From Acidobacteriota bacterium (GTDB taxonomy: Bacteria; Acidobacteriota; Thermoanaerobaculia; Multivoradales; JAGPDF01): a stretch of DNA of 40,325 nucleotides. The first letter of the stretch is position 1. Every line of letters begins with the position of its first letter. The notes under the pieces were generated by a model, which was given only the letters and a program-made list of their open reading frames with translations, searched no databases and was not told the origin of the DNA. Where the stretch lies: NCBI GenBank assembly GCA_050258075.1, contig JBLMYC010000163.1:1-40325 (forward strand), given 5' to 3'. The position numbers were made by a program, and so were the translations under genes. Positions 26,931 to 34,989 of this stretch are shown here, one piece after another.

Positions 26931-29258
26931 TCAGGGCCCTTCGGGCCGGGCGCGGGCGACGAAGAGCAGCCCGAGAGCGCCGAGGGCCGCGAGAGCGAAG
27001 CCCCAGCGAAGCGGCGTCCGGTCGACTGCGAGGGTCACCCGATGGCTGCCGGGCGGCACCTCGACCCCCATCCGGTAGAGGTTCGCGGCGAGCAGCGGGA
27101 CCTCGGCGCCGTCGAGACGGGCCCGCCACAGCGGCAGGTGGGAGCGCTGCACGACGAGCACGCCGCCGGCGGGCGCTTCGACCTGCGCGACGAAGGACTC
27201 GGCGTCCTGCCGCTCGACCACGACCGTCCCGGGCGCGACGTCGCGCGGCGCGCCGGACCCGGGGAGGACGGCGAGCGGCCCGGCGGCGGGATCCCGGCGG
27301 GTGAGCGCCGCCACCGCGGCGTTGATGTCCGGCGCGTAGCGCACCCGTGTCGCCAGGAAGGCCGCGGGCCAGGGCGACTCGACCGCGTAGACGTAGAGCT
27401 CGCGCCCGTAGCTCGGCAGCCCGCGCACCAGGCGCGCATGCCCGTCGGCCGGCGGTTCGAGCGGTCGATCGAGGAGCAGCCGCCCGACCCCCCAGGCCTG
27501 GAGGAGCAGCATCCGGCGCTCGTCATCGAGCTGCGCGACCGCGCCCTGGGCAACTCGGGCGAGGAACGAGTCGAGGCCCTCCGCCGAGCAGTCGAGCTCG
27601 TAACGGCGACCCCACAGCGTGCCGGCGGCCGGGTAGAGCTCGGCGAACGCCCGGCGCTCGACGAAGCGCAGGTCGGGCTCGGCGAAGCTGCCATCGGTGA
27701 TGCGGTTCTCGCCGAAGAGATCGAGGAAGCTGCCCTGGACGACCGGCGCGTCGCCTGGCACGTCGGCGAGGAGCGCCGGCGGCTCACGGTACGGCGCCGC
27801 GTCGTCCATCGGGTAAAGCGGGCGCAGCAGCCAGAGCTGCGCAGCGGCGTGCGCGGCGAGGAGCAGGCCCGCCCAGGCGGGACGGTGACGCGCGAGACGC
27901 AACAGGCCGAACAGCGCCGCGAGAACGACGAGCGAGATCAGGCACAGCCCCGCCCAGCGCAGACGCTCGTGGGCAACGAAGGCATCGGGGAAGGACGCAG
28001 GCACGACGCGGCGCAGCAGCGCCTGCATCGCCTCCGGACGCAGGGCCAGGGCCAGCCAGAGGAGCGCCAGGAAACCCGCCACGGTCGCCAGAGCCACGTT
28101 CTGCCGACGCCGCGCACCCGCATCGTCCGGCGCCGCGGTGCGCTCGTAGCCGATCCCGCACAGGACCGAGCCGCCGATCGCGACCAGCAGCCAGAGCTTG
28201 ATCGGATAGCGCAGCGCGCCGGCCCGGAACGCGAACGCAGCCAGCGGATTGAACCGGCCGAGGGCGAAGAAGACGCCGACCGCGACACTCGCCCACGCCC
28301 ACAGCGCCAACCGCCGGCCGGCCGGCCGCCCCGCCGCCGCCAGCCAGCCGAACACCAGCAGCCCGGGGTAGAGCGCCAGGTAGTACGGCGGCCGGCCGGT
28401 GTAGAACTGGCTGCCCCAGAACATGCCGGCGCCCAGCGAGTCCAGGCGCCCGAACGGCAACGGCAGCAGCCACTCGAGGACCTGGCGCGGATCGAACGAC
28501 TCGACCGTGCTGCTCGCGGCGCTGTAGCCGAAGTGGCCCCGGAACGAGAGCGGCAGGATGCGGAGCAGCTCCACCCACTGCGGCGCGGCGAGCAGGGTGC
28601 CGGCGAGAATCGCCAGCGCGAGCCCGCCGAGCGCCCGCCATTCGACCGGCCGGATCCAGAGCGCCCCGAGCGCCAGGAGCAGCGCCAGCCCGGCGAGCAG
28701 CGGCTCGCCGGCGAGGAGCAGCAGCGCCCACAGCAGGCCGGTCAGGATCAGGCCGCGGCGCGGGCGCTCGCCGGTCGCCTCGAGCGCCGCGGCGATGAGC
28801 GCCGGGGCGAGCGCCACGCCGGCGATCAGGTTGTAGAAGTTTAGGTTCGACAGCACGTAGCCGCTCGTCCCGTACACGATCCCGGCGGCCCACGCCGCCT
28901 CGCGGGCGAGACCGAGGCGGCGCGCCAGCCAGGCCATCGCGAACGGCGCGATCAGCAGGTGGAGCCAGAAGTGCGCGTTGAGCGCCCACAGGTCGCTGGC
29001 AAGGAGGTAAAGCACGTTGTCCGGGTAGAGCGGCACCGCGTTCGGGTTGCCGAGCAGGGGTTGACCGCCGGCGCGGTAGGGGTCGACGAGCGGCAGCCGC
29101 CCGGCGCGCAACGCCTCGGCCTCGGCGTGCTTCATCGGCAGGTGAGTGTTGAAGACGTCGCGCAGGAAGAGCGTCCTCCCGCCGCCGACGAGCGGCGCGA
29201 TCGCCAGCGTCAGGACGAGCGCGCCGGGGAGGACGAAGAGGAGGACGAAGCGTCTCAT
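26931..29258 (-). CDS. YfhO-family-like polytopic membrane protein (GT-C-type glycosyltransferase candidate), paralog 1
   Basis: 775 aa. The N-terminal pattern LFLRDVFNTHLP...GRLPLVDPYRAGGQPLLGNPNAVPLYPDNVLYLL matches the YfhO signature as I recall it. It has more than 10 TM helices. The C-terminal soluble region ends in ...GVEVPPGSHRVTLAV plus a final TM helix. Confidence 0.72.
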   Translation of the reverse strand: MRRFVLLFVLPGALVLTLAIAPLVGGGRTLFLRDVFNTHLPMKHAEAEALRAGRLPLVDPYRAGGQPLLGNPNAVPLYPDNVLYLLASDLWALNAHFWLHLLIAPFAMAWLARRLGLAREAAWAAGIVYGTSGYVLSNLNFYNLIAGVALAPALIAAALEATGERPRRGLILTGLLWALLLLAGEPLLAGLALLLALGALWIRPVEWRALGGLALAILAGTLLAAPQWVELLRILPLSFRGHFGYSAASSTVESFDPRQVLEWLLPLPFGRLDSLGAGMFWGSQFYTGRPPYYLALYPGLLVFGWLAAAGRPAGRRLALWAWASVAVGVFFALGRFNPLAAFAFRAGALRYPIKLWLLVAIGGSVLCGIGYERTAAPDDAGARRRQNVALATVAGFLALLWLALALRPEAMQALLRRVVPASFPDAFVAHERLRWAGLCLISLVVLAALFGLLRLARHRPAWAGLLLAAHAAAQLWLLRPLYPMDDAAPYREPPALLADVPGDAPVVQGSFLDLFGENRITDGSFAEPDLRFVERRAFAELYPAAGTLWGRRYELDCSAEGLDSFLARVAQGAVAQLDDERRMLLLQAWGVGRLLLDRPLEPPADGHARLVRGLPSYGRELYVYAVESPWPAAFLATRVRYAPDINAAVAALTRRDPAAGPLAVLPGSGAPRDVAPGTVVVERQDAESFVAQVEAPAGGVLVVQRSHLPLWRARLDGAEVPLLAANLYRMGVEVPPGSHRVTLAVDRTPLRWGFALAALGALGLLFVARARPEGP

Positions 29259-31477
29259 CGTCGCGCCGCCAGCAACGCCGCGCCCACCAGGCCGAGCGCC
29301 GCCAGGAGCGACGCCACTTGCTCGGGCCGATCACCGACCCGCAGCTCCACCCGGTGCTCGCCGGCCGGCACCTCGACCGCGAGCAGCGCCATGTCGGCGA
29401 TTCGAGTCGGGAGCGTCTGGCCCTCGGCGCTCGCCCGCCACAGTCGGTGGTAGGCCCGGCGCACGACGACGACACCACCCGGTCCACGGGTCTCGAGATC
29501 GATCGCGTCGGGCTCCATGCGCAGGACCTTGACCACCCCTCCCGGACGTTGCTCGACCGGAGCCGAGAGTGCCGGGCTCGCAATCGGGTCCGGTCCCTGC
29601 TCGACGACCGCCGCAGCAGCGCTCGGATCGGCGGCGAAGACGACTCGCTCCGGCCACCACGCGGCGGGGGCGGGGTGCTCGACCGCGAGCAGATGCGAGG
29701 TCACGCCCAGCCGTTCGGCCTGGGCGATCTCTTTCAGGCCATCGACCGCCACCTCCTCGTGGGTGACGATCGCGTCCACCCCGAGAGCCCGCAGCCAGCG
29801 CACTCGCGCCGCCCACGACGCATTGGAGACGCGGGCCATGACCAGGGCCTGCAGCGGCGTGCCCATGCCCTCGCTGTCCGGGCGCAGCGGATCCGCAAGC
29901 CCGAAGCGCACGCCCGGCGTCGGTGCGAGATCGGCGGCCTGCGCCCGCAGCAGCAGACTGCGCGGTCCGGCGACGCGGTAAGCCGGCACCGGGCCCCACG
30001 GCGGCTGCGACAGCGCGACGTCATGCACCGCAAACCCCGGCAGCAGCTTCACCCACTCCGCCGGCTCGCGGTACGGCCCGACCTCGTCGCGCAGCAGCAG
30101 CGGCCCGAGCTGCAACAGCCCCACAACCTGCAGCGCGACCAGCGCGGCGCCGCTGCGCCGCCGCGCCGCCAGCGCCGCCAGCGCGAGCAGCAGCGCGGCC
30201 AGTCCGAGCGCCAGGGCCGCCCCGCCGGCCTGGACGCCGAGCATCGTCCGCGCCGCCGCGTCGCGGGCCTGGTCGAGCAGGATGGCGCGCAGCAGCACGG
30301 CGGCGGCGGCCGCCGCCAGACAGAGGCCGGCGGCCAGCCCGGGGCCGAGGCCGCGCCGGCGCTCGCCGCCGAGCACCTCCTCGGTTCCCGCCGCGACCAG
30401 CAGCGCGGCGCCGAGCGCGGTCCAGAACAGCGCCTTCTCCGGATAGCGCAGCAGCCCGGCCGAGAACGTCACGAGCGCCGGCCCCGCCCAGCCGCCGGCG
30501 ACCCCGATCACGATCCCGCCGAGCGTCAGGGCGGTGGCGCCCCGCGTCCGGCGCGCGCCGACCGCCGCCAGATACAGCCCGACGATTCCGAAATAGAGGC
30601 TGAGGAAGAGCGGGCCGCGCGGCGCCAGCGCCGTGCCCCAGAAGCCGTACGGCCCGACCCAGGTCGGGCGTCCGAGGGGCAGCGGCACGACCAGCTCGAC
30701 CAGCCGCCCTAGGTGGAGCGCGTAGGAGCCCGGGACAATCTCGCCGGCCCGCGCGGCGAAGCCCACGATGCGCGCCGTCGCGACGATCTGCGGCAAGGCG
30801 ACGACGAGCCCGAGGCCGACGATCGTGCCGCCCACGACGAGCGCCTGCCGAACCCCGTGCCGGTGCAAGATGAGCGCGAGCGGCACCACGCCGAGCAGCG
30901 CCGTCACCGGCTCGCCGCCGAGCAGGGCGAGCCCGAGCGCGACTCCGCCGAGCGCCATGCCGCGGCGATCGCCGCGTTCGGCGCCGAGCAGCACCCACGG
31001 CCACCACGCCGCGACCGTGACCAGGTTGTAGAAGGTCAGCGCGCCGAGGAACCAGCCGCAGCCGGCGTAGGTGATCGCCCCGGCGAGCGCCGCGGCGGGC
31101 GAGCGGCCGCGGGCGCGCAGCAGCGCCAGCATGCCGAGCCCCGCGAGCCCCCAGTGCAACACGAAATGCAGATTGAAGGCCCGCCAGAACGGCAGCAGGC
31201 GATACAGCAGGTTGTCCGGGTAGTACGCCAGCGCGGCGGGATTGCCGCGGAACGGCTGGCCGAGGCCCGCGGTCGGGTCGAAAGCCGGCACCCGACCGGC
31301 TGCGAGCTCCGCCGCGCCAAAGGCCTTGACCGGGAAGTTGTTGCCGAAGACGTCGCGGAAGCAGAGCGTCTCGCGCCCCAGCGCCAGCGGCACCGCGATC
31401 CACAGCCAGAGGGCCGCGATCGCAGTCACCACCGCCCACAGCCTCAACCCCTCGCCATCCCGTCTCGCGTCGATCAC
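29255..31477 (-). CDS. YfhO-family-like polytopic membrane protein, paralog 2
   Basis: Inside ORF 29255..31732. Clear paralogy to 26931..29258: LCFRDVFGNNFP...GRVPAFDPTAGLGQPFRGNPAALAYYPDNLLYRLL and the C-terminal AVEVPAGEHRVELRV plus TM. ATGA overlap with paralog 1. The start is uncertain (GTG 31477, TTG 31447 or GTG 31432); the upstream part of the ORF is shadow sequence opposite the UbiA gene. Confidence 0.7.
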   Translation of the reverse strand: MIDARRDGEGLRLWAVVTAIAALWLWIAVPLALGRETLCFRDVFGNNFPVKAFGAAELAAGRVPAFDPTAGLGQPFRGNPAALAYYPDNLLYRLLPFWRAFNLHFVLHWGLAGLGMLALLRARGRSPAAALAGAITYAGCGWFLGALTFYNLVTVAAWWPWVLLGAERGDRRGMALGGVALGLALLGGEPVTALLGVVPLALILHRHGVRQALVVGGTIVGLGLVVALPQIVATARIVGFAARAGEIVPGSYALHLGRLVELVVPLPLGRPTWVGPYGFWGTALAPRGPLFLSLYFGIVGLYLAAVGARRTRGATALTLGGIVIGVAGGWAGPALVTFSAGLLRYPEKALFWTALGAALLVAAGTEEVLGGERRRGLGPGLAAGLCLAAAAAAVLLRAILLDQARDAAARTMLGVQAGGAALALGLAALLLALAALAARRRSGAALVALQVVGLLQLGPLLLRDEVGPYREPAEWVKLLPGFAVHDVALSQPPWGPVPAYRVAGPRSLLLRAQAADLAPTPGVRFGLADPLRPDSEGMGTPLQALVMARVSNASWAARVRWLRALGVDAIVTHEEVAVDGLKEIAQAERLGVTSHLLAVEHPAPAAWWPERVVFAADPSAAAAVVEQGPDPIASPALSAPVEQRPGGVVKVLRMEPDAIDLETRGPGGVVVVRRAYHRLWRASAEGQTLPTRIADMALLAVEVPAGEHRVELRVGDRPEQVASLLAALGLVGAALLAARR

Positions 31478-31500
31478 GTGCTCCCGGCTCTCCAGCCCCG

Positions 31501-31506
31501 TAGAAT
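31501..31506 (+). promoter_or_regulatory. -10-like TAGAAT, 7 nt upstream of GTG 31514 (UbiA-family gene). The reverse complement TATTCT faces the YfhO-like genes.
   Basis: Read directly: CCCCGTAGAATACCCGCCGTG. Confidence 0.35.
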
Positions 31507-31513
31507 ACCCGCC

Positions 31514-32386
31514 GTGCTCGTGCCCCTCGTCCGCTCGCTGCGTCCCGCCCAGTGGTCGAAGAACGTCTTCGTCTTCGCGCCCCTCGTCTTCGCACAGAAG
31601 CTCCAGGACCCCCACGCCCTGCTGCGCGCAACGCTCGCCTTCGCCGCCTTCTGCAGCGCGGCGAGCGCCGTGTACCTGGTCAACGACGTGCGCGACCGCG
31701 ACGAGGACCGCCGCCATCCGCTGAAGCGTCACCGCGCGATCGCCGCCGGCACGCTCGGGGTCGGCCCGGCGCTCGTCGCGGCAACGCTGCTCGCCGTCGC
31801 GGCGGGCGTCGCCGCCTGGCGCCTGGGCCCAGCGTTCACGGCGCTGCTCGGCGGCTACGTGCTGCTCAATCTGACCTATTCACTCTACTTGAAGCAGCGC
31901 GTGATCCTCGACGTGATGGCGATCGCCGCCGGCTTCGTGCTGCGCGTCGTCGCCGGCGCGGTCGCGGTGCCGGCGCCGGTGTCGAGCTGGCTGCTCCTGT
32001 GCACGATCTTCCTGGCGCTGTTCCTCGCCTTCTCCAAGCGCCGCCATGAGCTGACCCTGCTGCAGGACGGCGCGGCCGACCAGCGCCGGGTGCTCGAGCA
32101 CTACTCGCCCGCCTTCCTCGACCAGATGATCAACGTGGTGACGGCGTCGGCGGTTGTCTCCTACGCCCTGTACGCGGTGGCACCGGAGACGGTGCAGAAG
32201 TTCCACACCGAGCACCTGGTCTACACCGTGCCACTGGTGCTGTTCGGGATCTTCCGCTACCTGTACCTCGTGTACCAGAGCCCGGGGGCGCGCAACCCGA
32301 CCGAGGCGATCCTGCACGACCCGCCGTTCCTGCTCAACATCGCGCTGTGGGGCCTGGCGGTGCTGTGGATCGTGTATGGCCTCTGA
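31514..32386 (+). CDS. UbiA-family decaprenyl-phosphate phosphoribosyltransferase-like enzyme (DPPR synthase type)
   Basis: In the frame of ORF 30713..32386. LRPAQWSKNVFVFAPLVFA, the Asp-rich motif YLVNDVRDRDEDRRHPLKRHRAIAAG, and a second motif region with about 8 TM helices. The start is GTG 31514, or alternatively GTG 31478. Confidence 0.82.
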   Translation: MLVPLVRSLRPAQWSKNVFVFAPLVFAQKLQDPHALLRATLAFAAFCSAASAVYLVNDVRDRDEDRRHPLKRHRAIAAGTLGVGPALVAATLLAVAAGVAAWRLGPAFTALLGGYVLLNLTYSLYLKQRVILDVMAIAAGFVLRVVAGAVAVPAPVSSWLLLCTIFLALFLAFSKRRHELTLLQDGAADQRRVLEHYSPAFLDQMINVVTASAVVSYALYAVAPETVQKFHTEHLVYTVPLVLFGIFRYLYLVYQSPGARNPTEAILHDPPFLLNIALWGLAVLWIVYGL

Positions 32387-33431
32387 GGCCGCGGCCCGCG
32401 CCTCGACTTGGCGCCGCATCTATCCGTTCGAGATCGCCGCTGCGCTGGTGGTCGCGAGCGCCGTCATCTTTCTGCGCGCCCAGGGCCTGCGCATCGACTG
32501 GCACACGGTCGGCTACACCATCCCGCCGATGCTGCCGATCACCGGCAAGGCGCTGCTCGCTGGAATCCCGCTGGTGCTCCTGTACCGCGCGCTCAGCCGC
32601 CAGTCGCTGCGCGGCTACCTGCGCGAGGTCGCGAGCTTCTCGTGGCTCCAGCTCTGGGCCCGGCTGTGGATCTCCTACATGGCGATCACCTACGCCTACT
32701 TCTGGCTCAAGGTCTCGGTGCCGCTCGTTCACTGGCGGGTGTTCGATCCAGAGGCCTGGCGACTGGACACCCTGCTCCACCTCGGCGTCTCGCCGAGCGT
32801 GTTCATGGTCAACCTGCTCGCCGGCACCCCGCTGCTCCGCTGGCTCGACGTCTGGTACGGGCTGTGGCTGAAGACGGTGTTCTACTCGATCGCCTTCTTC
32901 TCGGCGTTCCCCGATCCGGTGCTGCGCCGCCGCCTGATGCTCTCCTCGGTGCTGATCTGGGGCCTCGGGGCGTGGATCTACACCGCGTTTCCGGTGCTCG
33001 GGCCGATCTACGCCTACCGCCAGCAATGGGCGGCGGTCGAGGGGCAGATGCCGATCGCCGAGGGGACCCAGGCGATGCTGGCCGAGAACTACGCGCGAGT
33101 CGTCGCCGGGCGCGACGGCACGCTGCGCGCCTTCAACCCGACCCGCGGCGTCGCGGCGATGCCGAGCCTGCACGTCGGCGTCCTCTGGCTGCTGATGCTC
33201 TTCGCGCTGCGCTACGCGCGACCGCTGTTCCTGTTCTTCGCGCTGGCGACCGCCGCGACCTTCGTGGGGGCGCTGGCGACCGGCTGGCACTACGCGATCG
33301 ACATCTACGTGGGGATTGCCCTCGCCCAGCTCTGCTACTGGCTGGCCTGCCGGCTGGAGGTCGAGCCCGAGGCGGGGGGCGAAGCGACCGGCGTGGCGGC
33401 CGGCGGCAGCGCGCCGCCGAGCTCGCTCTGA
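32376..33431 (+). CDS. PAP2-superfamily integral membrane lipid phosphatase/phosphotransferase (PAP2_3/AUR1-like)
   Basis: ATG 32376 overlaps the UbiA-family stop by 11 nt. It has multiple TM helices. C-terminal catalytic motifs: AAMPSLHVG and GWHYAIDIYVG (SxH ... HxxxD). Confidence 0.75.
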   Translation: MASEAAARASTWRRIYPFEIAAALVVASAVIFLRAQGLRIDWHTVGYTIPPMLPITGKALLAGIPLVLLYRALSRQSLRGYLREVASFSWLQLWARLWISYMAITYAYFWLKVSVPLVHWRVFDPEAWRLDTLLHLGVSPSVFMVNLLAGTPLLRWLDVWYGLWLKTVFYSIAFFSAFPDPVLRRRLMLSSVLIWGLGAWIYTAFPVLGPIYAYRQQWAAVEGQMPIAEGTQAMLAENYARVVAGRDGTLRAFNPTRGVAAMPSLHVGVLWLLMLFALRYARPLFLFFALATAATFVGALATGWHYAIDIYVGIALAQLCYWLACRLEVEPEAGGEATGVAAGGSAPPSSL

Positions 33432-34930
33432 CGGCGGGCGCGCAGCGCCTCCGGCACCCGGTACAGGCGCCAGCGCGTGCCGCTGGTGACCGGCACCAGA
33501 CCGGCGCGCTCCACCAGATGGCGATGAATGGCCTCGTCGCCGCTCGCGATCACCCAGTCGAAGTAGGCGAAGTCGGAGATGCGCACCCGGTTCGGCAGCC
33601 ATTCGAGGCCCAGGGTCCAGGGGCCGCTGCGCGGGGTGCGATAGACGACCAGCGAGGGGGCGAAGTCGGCGAACGAGAAGTTCAACTCGCCGCCCTTCAT
33701 CACCTGGGCGTACGCAAAATCCTGGATGAACGGGTTGCCCCGGATGATCAGGCTCTCCGGGTAGTAGCTGAGCCCGAGAACCCGCGGCTTCTCGGGCAGG
33801 GCGGCGACCGCCGGCGCCAGTCCGTCCAGCTCCACGCTGGAGAACGCGATCCAGTAGACGCTGGTGCCGGCAACGAACAGCGTCAGCGCCGCGACGGGCA
33901 GCCAACGCACGAGCGCCGCTGGCAAGCGCGGCGCCGGCGCCGCGAGCAGCAGCGCCACGACCGCACAGGGCATCCAGCGCTCGGCGAGGTGAATCGTGTT
34001 CTGCGCCTCCATCGGCAGCACGGCGGCCGGCAGGAAGAGGACCCCGGCGAGCAGCAGCAGGCGCGGCGACCAGGCCGCCCGTCCTTCGGCGCGGTGCTGC
34101 CAGGCGGCGAGGAGCAGCCAACCGAGCACCACCAGCAGAAACACCGGCTCGAGATTGCCGCGCAGCCCGCCGAGCACCGCGTCTTTCAATCCCGACGGGC
34201 CGAAACGCGCCCAGACGCTCGCCGGCCAGTAGACCGGCGAGTCGAAGCCGCGGCGCCCCAGGGTCGGATACCACCACAGCGCCAGCAGGCCGACCGGCGA
34301 AACCGCAAGGCCACGCAGGAACTGCTCGCGCCACGGCAGACGTGCTCGCCACCCGTCGACGACCAGCCACAGACAGCCCATCGCGAACCACAGGACATGG
34401 CTGAAGTAGAGCAGCGCGGCGCCGCCGAGGAGGCGCGCCGCCGCGCGCCAGTCGCAGCGCGCGTCCGGCTCGACCTCGGTCAGCCGCAGCCAGACGACGA
34501 AGACCACCCAGCCAAAGAGGAAGCTCAGGAATCCCCAGTACAGGGTGTGATTGAACACCAGCGCCGACGCGAGCACCGCCGCGCTCGCCGGGCGGCGCAG
34601 TCGGACGGCGAGCCAGTGCACGGCGCCGACCCACAGAGCGACGACCAGCAGGAAGCCCAGTCGCCCGGCCCACGCCGGACCGCCTAGGAGCCAGCCGACG
34701 GCGGGCAGGACGTAGGACAGGCCATACGGCGTCAGCCACTGGATGCGATAGAGATCGGCGTGCTCGCCGAGCGCCTCGCCGAACAGTCGGATCTGCGCCG
34801 CGTGCTGCGGCAGGTCGGTGATCGGCGGGAAGCGGACGAGCAGGAAGGGGACAACGACCAGGACGATCGCGACCGCGGCCAGGCCCAGCCGGCCGCGCTC
34901 GGAGGTGCTGGTCGACGGCTCGGCGCTCAT
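33335..34930 (-). CDS. Uncharacterised polytopic membrane protein (about 11 TM helices plus a C-terminal soluble domain); possible glycosyltransferase or polymerase
   Basis: 531 aa ORF with ATG 34930. It has hydrophobic helices throughout (LGLAAVAIVLVVVPFLLV, FLLVVALWVGAVHWLAV, ...), then a soluble region LGLSYYPESLIIRGNPFIQDFAYAQVMKGGELNFSFADF... I recognise no family. The last ~32 codons are antisense to the PAP2 gene end. Confidence 0.6.
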   Translation of the reverse strand: MSAEPSTSTSERGRLGLAAVAIVLVVVPFLLVRFPPITDLPQHAAQIRLFGEALGEHADLYRIQWLTPYGLSYVLPAVGWLLGGPAWAGRLGFLLVVALWVGAVHWLAVRLRRPASAAVLASALVFNHTLYWGFLSFLFGWVVFVVWLRLTEVEPDARCDWRAAARLLGGAALLYFSHVLWFAMGCLWLVVDGWRARLPWREQFLRGLAVSPVGLLALWWYPTLGRRGFDSPVYWPASVWARFGPSGLKDAVLGGLRGNLEPVFLLVVLGWLLLAAWQHRAEGRAAWSPRLLLLAGVLFLPAAVLPMEAQNTIHLAERWMPCAVVALLLAAPAPRLPAALVRWLPVAALTLFVAGTSVYWIAFSSVELDGLAPAVAALPEKPRVLGLSYYPESLIIRGNPFIQDFAYAQVMKGGELNFSFADFAPSLVVYRTPRSGPWTLGLEWLPNRVRISDFAYFDWVIASGDEAIHRHLVERAGLVPVTSGTRWRLYRVPEALRARRQSELGGALPPAATPVASPPASGSTSSRQASQ

Positions 34931-34938
34931 CGGGGCCC

Positions 34939-34945
34939 TAGAATA
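34939..34945. promoter_or_regulatory. TAGAATA box in the divergent intergenic region. TAGAAT lies 7 nt before ATG 34952 (+), and TATTCT lies 9 nt before ATG 34930 (-).
   Basis: Read directly: GGGGCCCTAGAATAGCCGACATG. It resembles the box at 31501-31507. Confidence 0.35.
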
Positions 34946-34989
34946 GCCGACATGTCGCGCCCGATTCGCCGCGCCCGGTGCTGTCGCCG

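Noticed and set aside
27042-29583. 600 aa (+) and 599 aa (-) alternative-frame ORFs over the YfhO-like genes
   Set aside because: Both are Arg-rich shadows. The accepted frame gives hydrophobic helices and paralogous motifs shared by the two neighbouring genes.
31475-31480. CACGTG palindrome in which a minus-strand GTG (31477) and a plus-strand GTG (31478) sit back to back, as simultaneous starts of the divergent YfhO-like and UbiA genes
   Set aside because: Both being used would leave no intergenic promoter space. The UbiA-family N-terminus fits GTG 31514 better (8 residues before LRPxQWxKN, with TAGAAT 7 nt upstream). I keep it only as an alternative start.
32334-34739. 801 aa (-) and 759 aa (+, 32408..34687) ORFs across the PAP2 and orphan membrane genes
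   Set aside because: Low-complexity Arg/Gly/Pro translations. They are out of frame or antisense to ORFs with coherent membrane topology.
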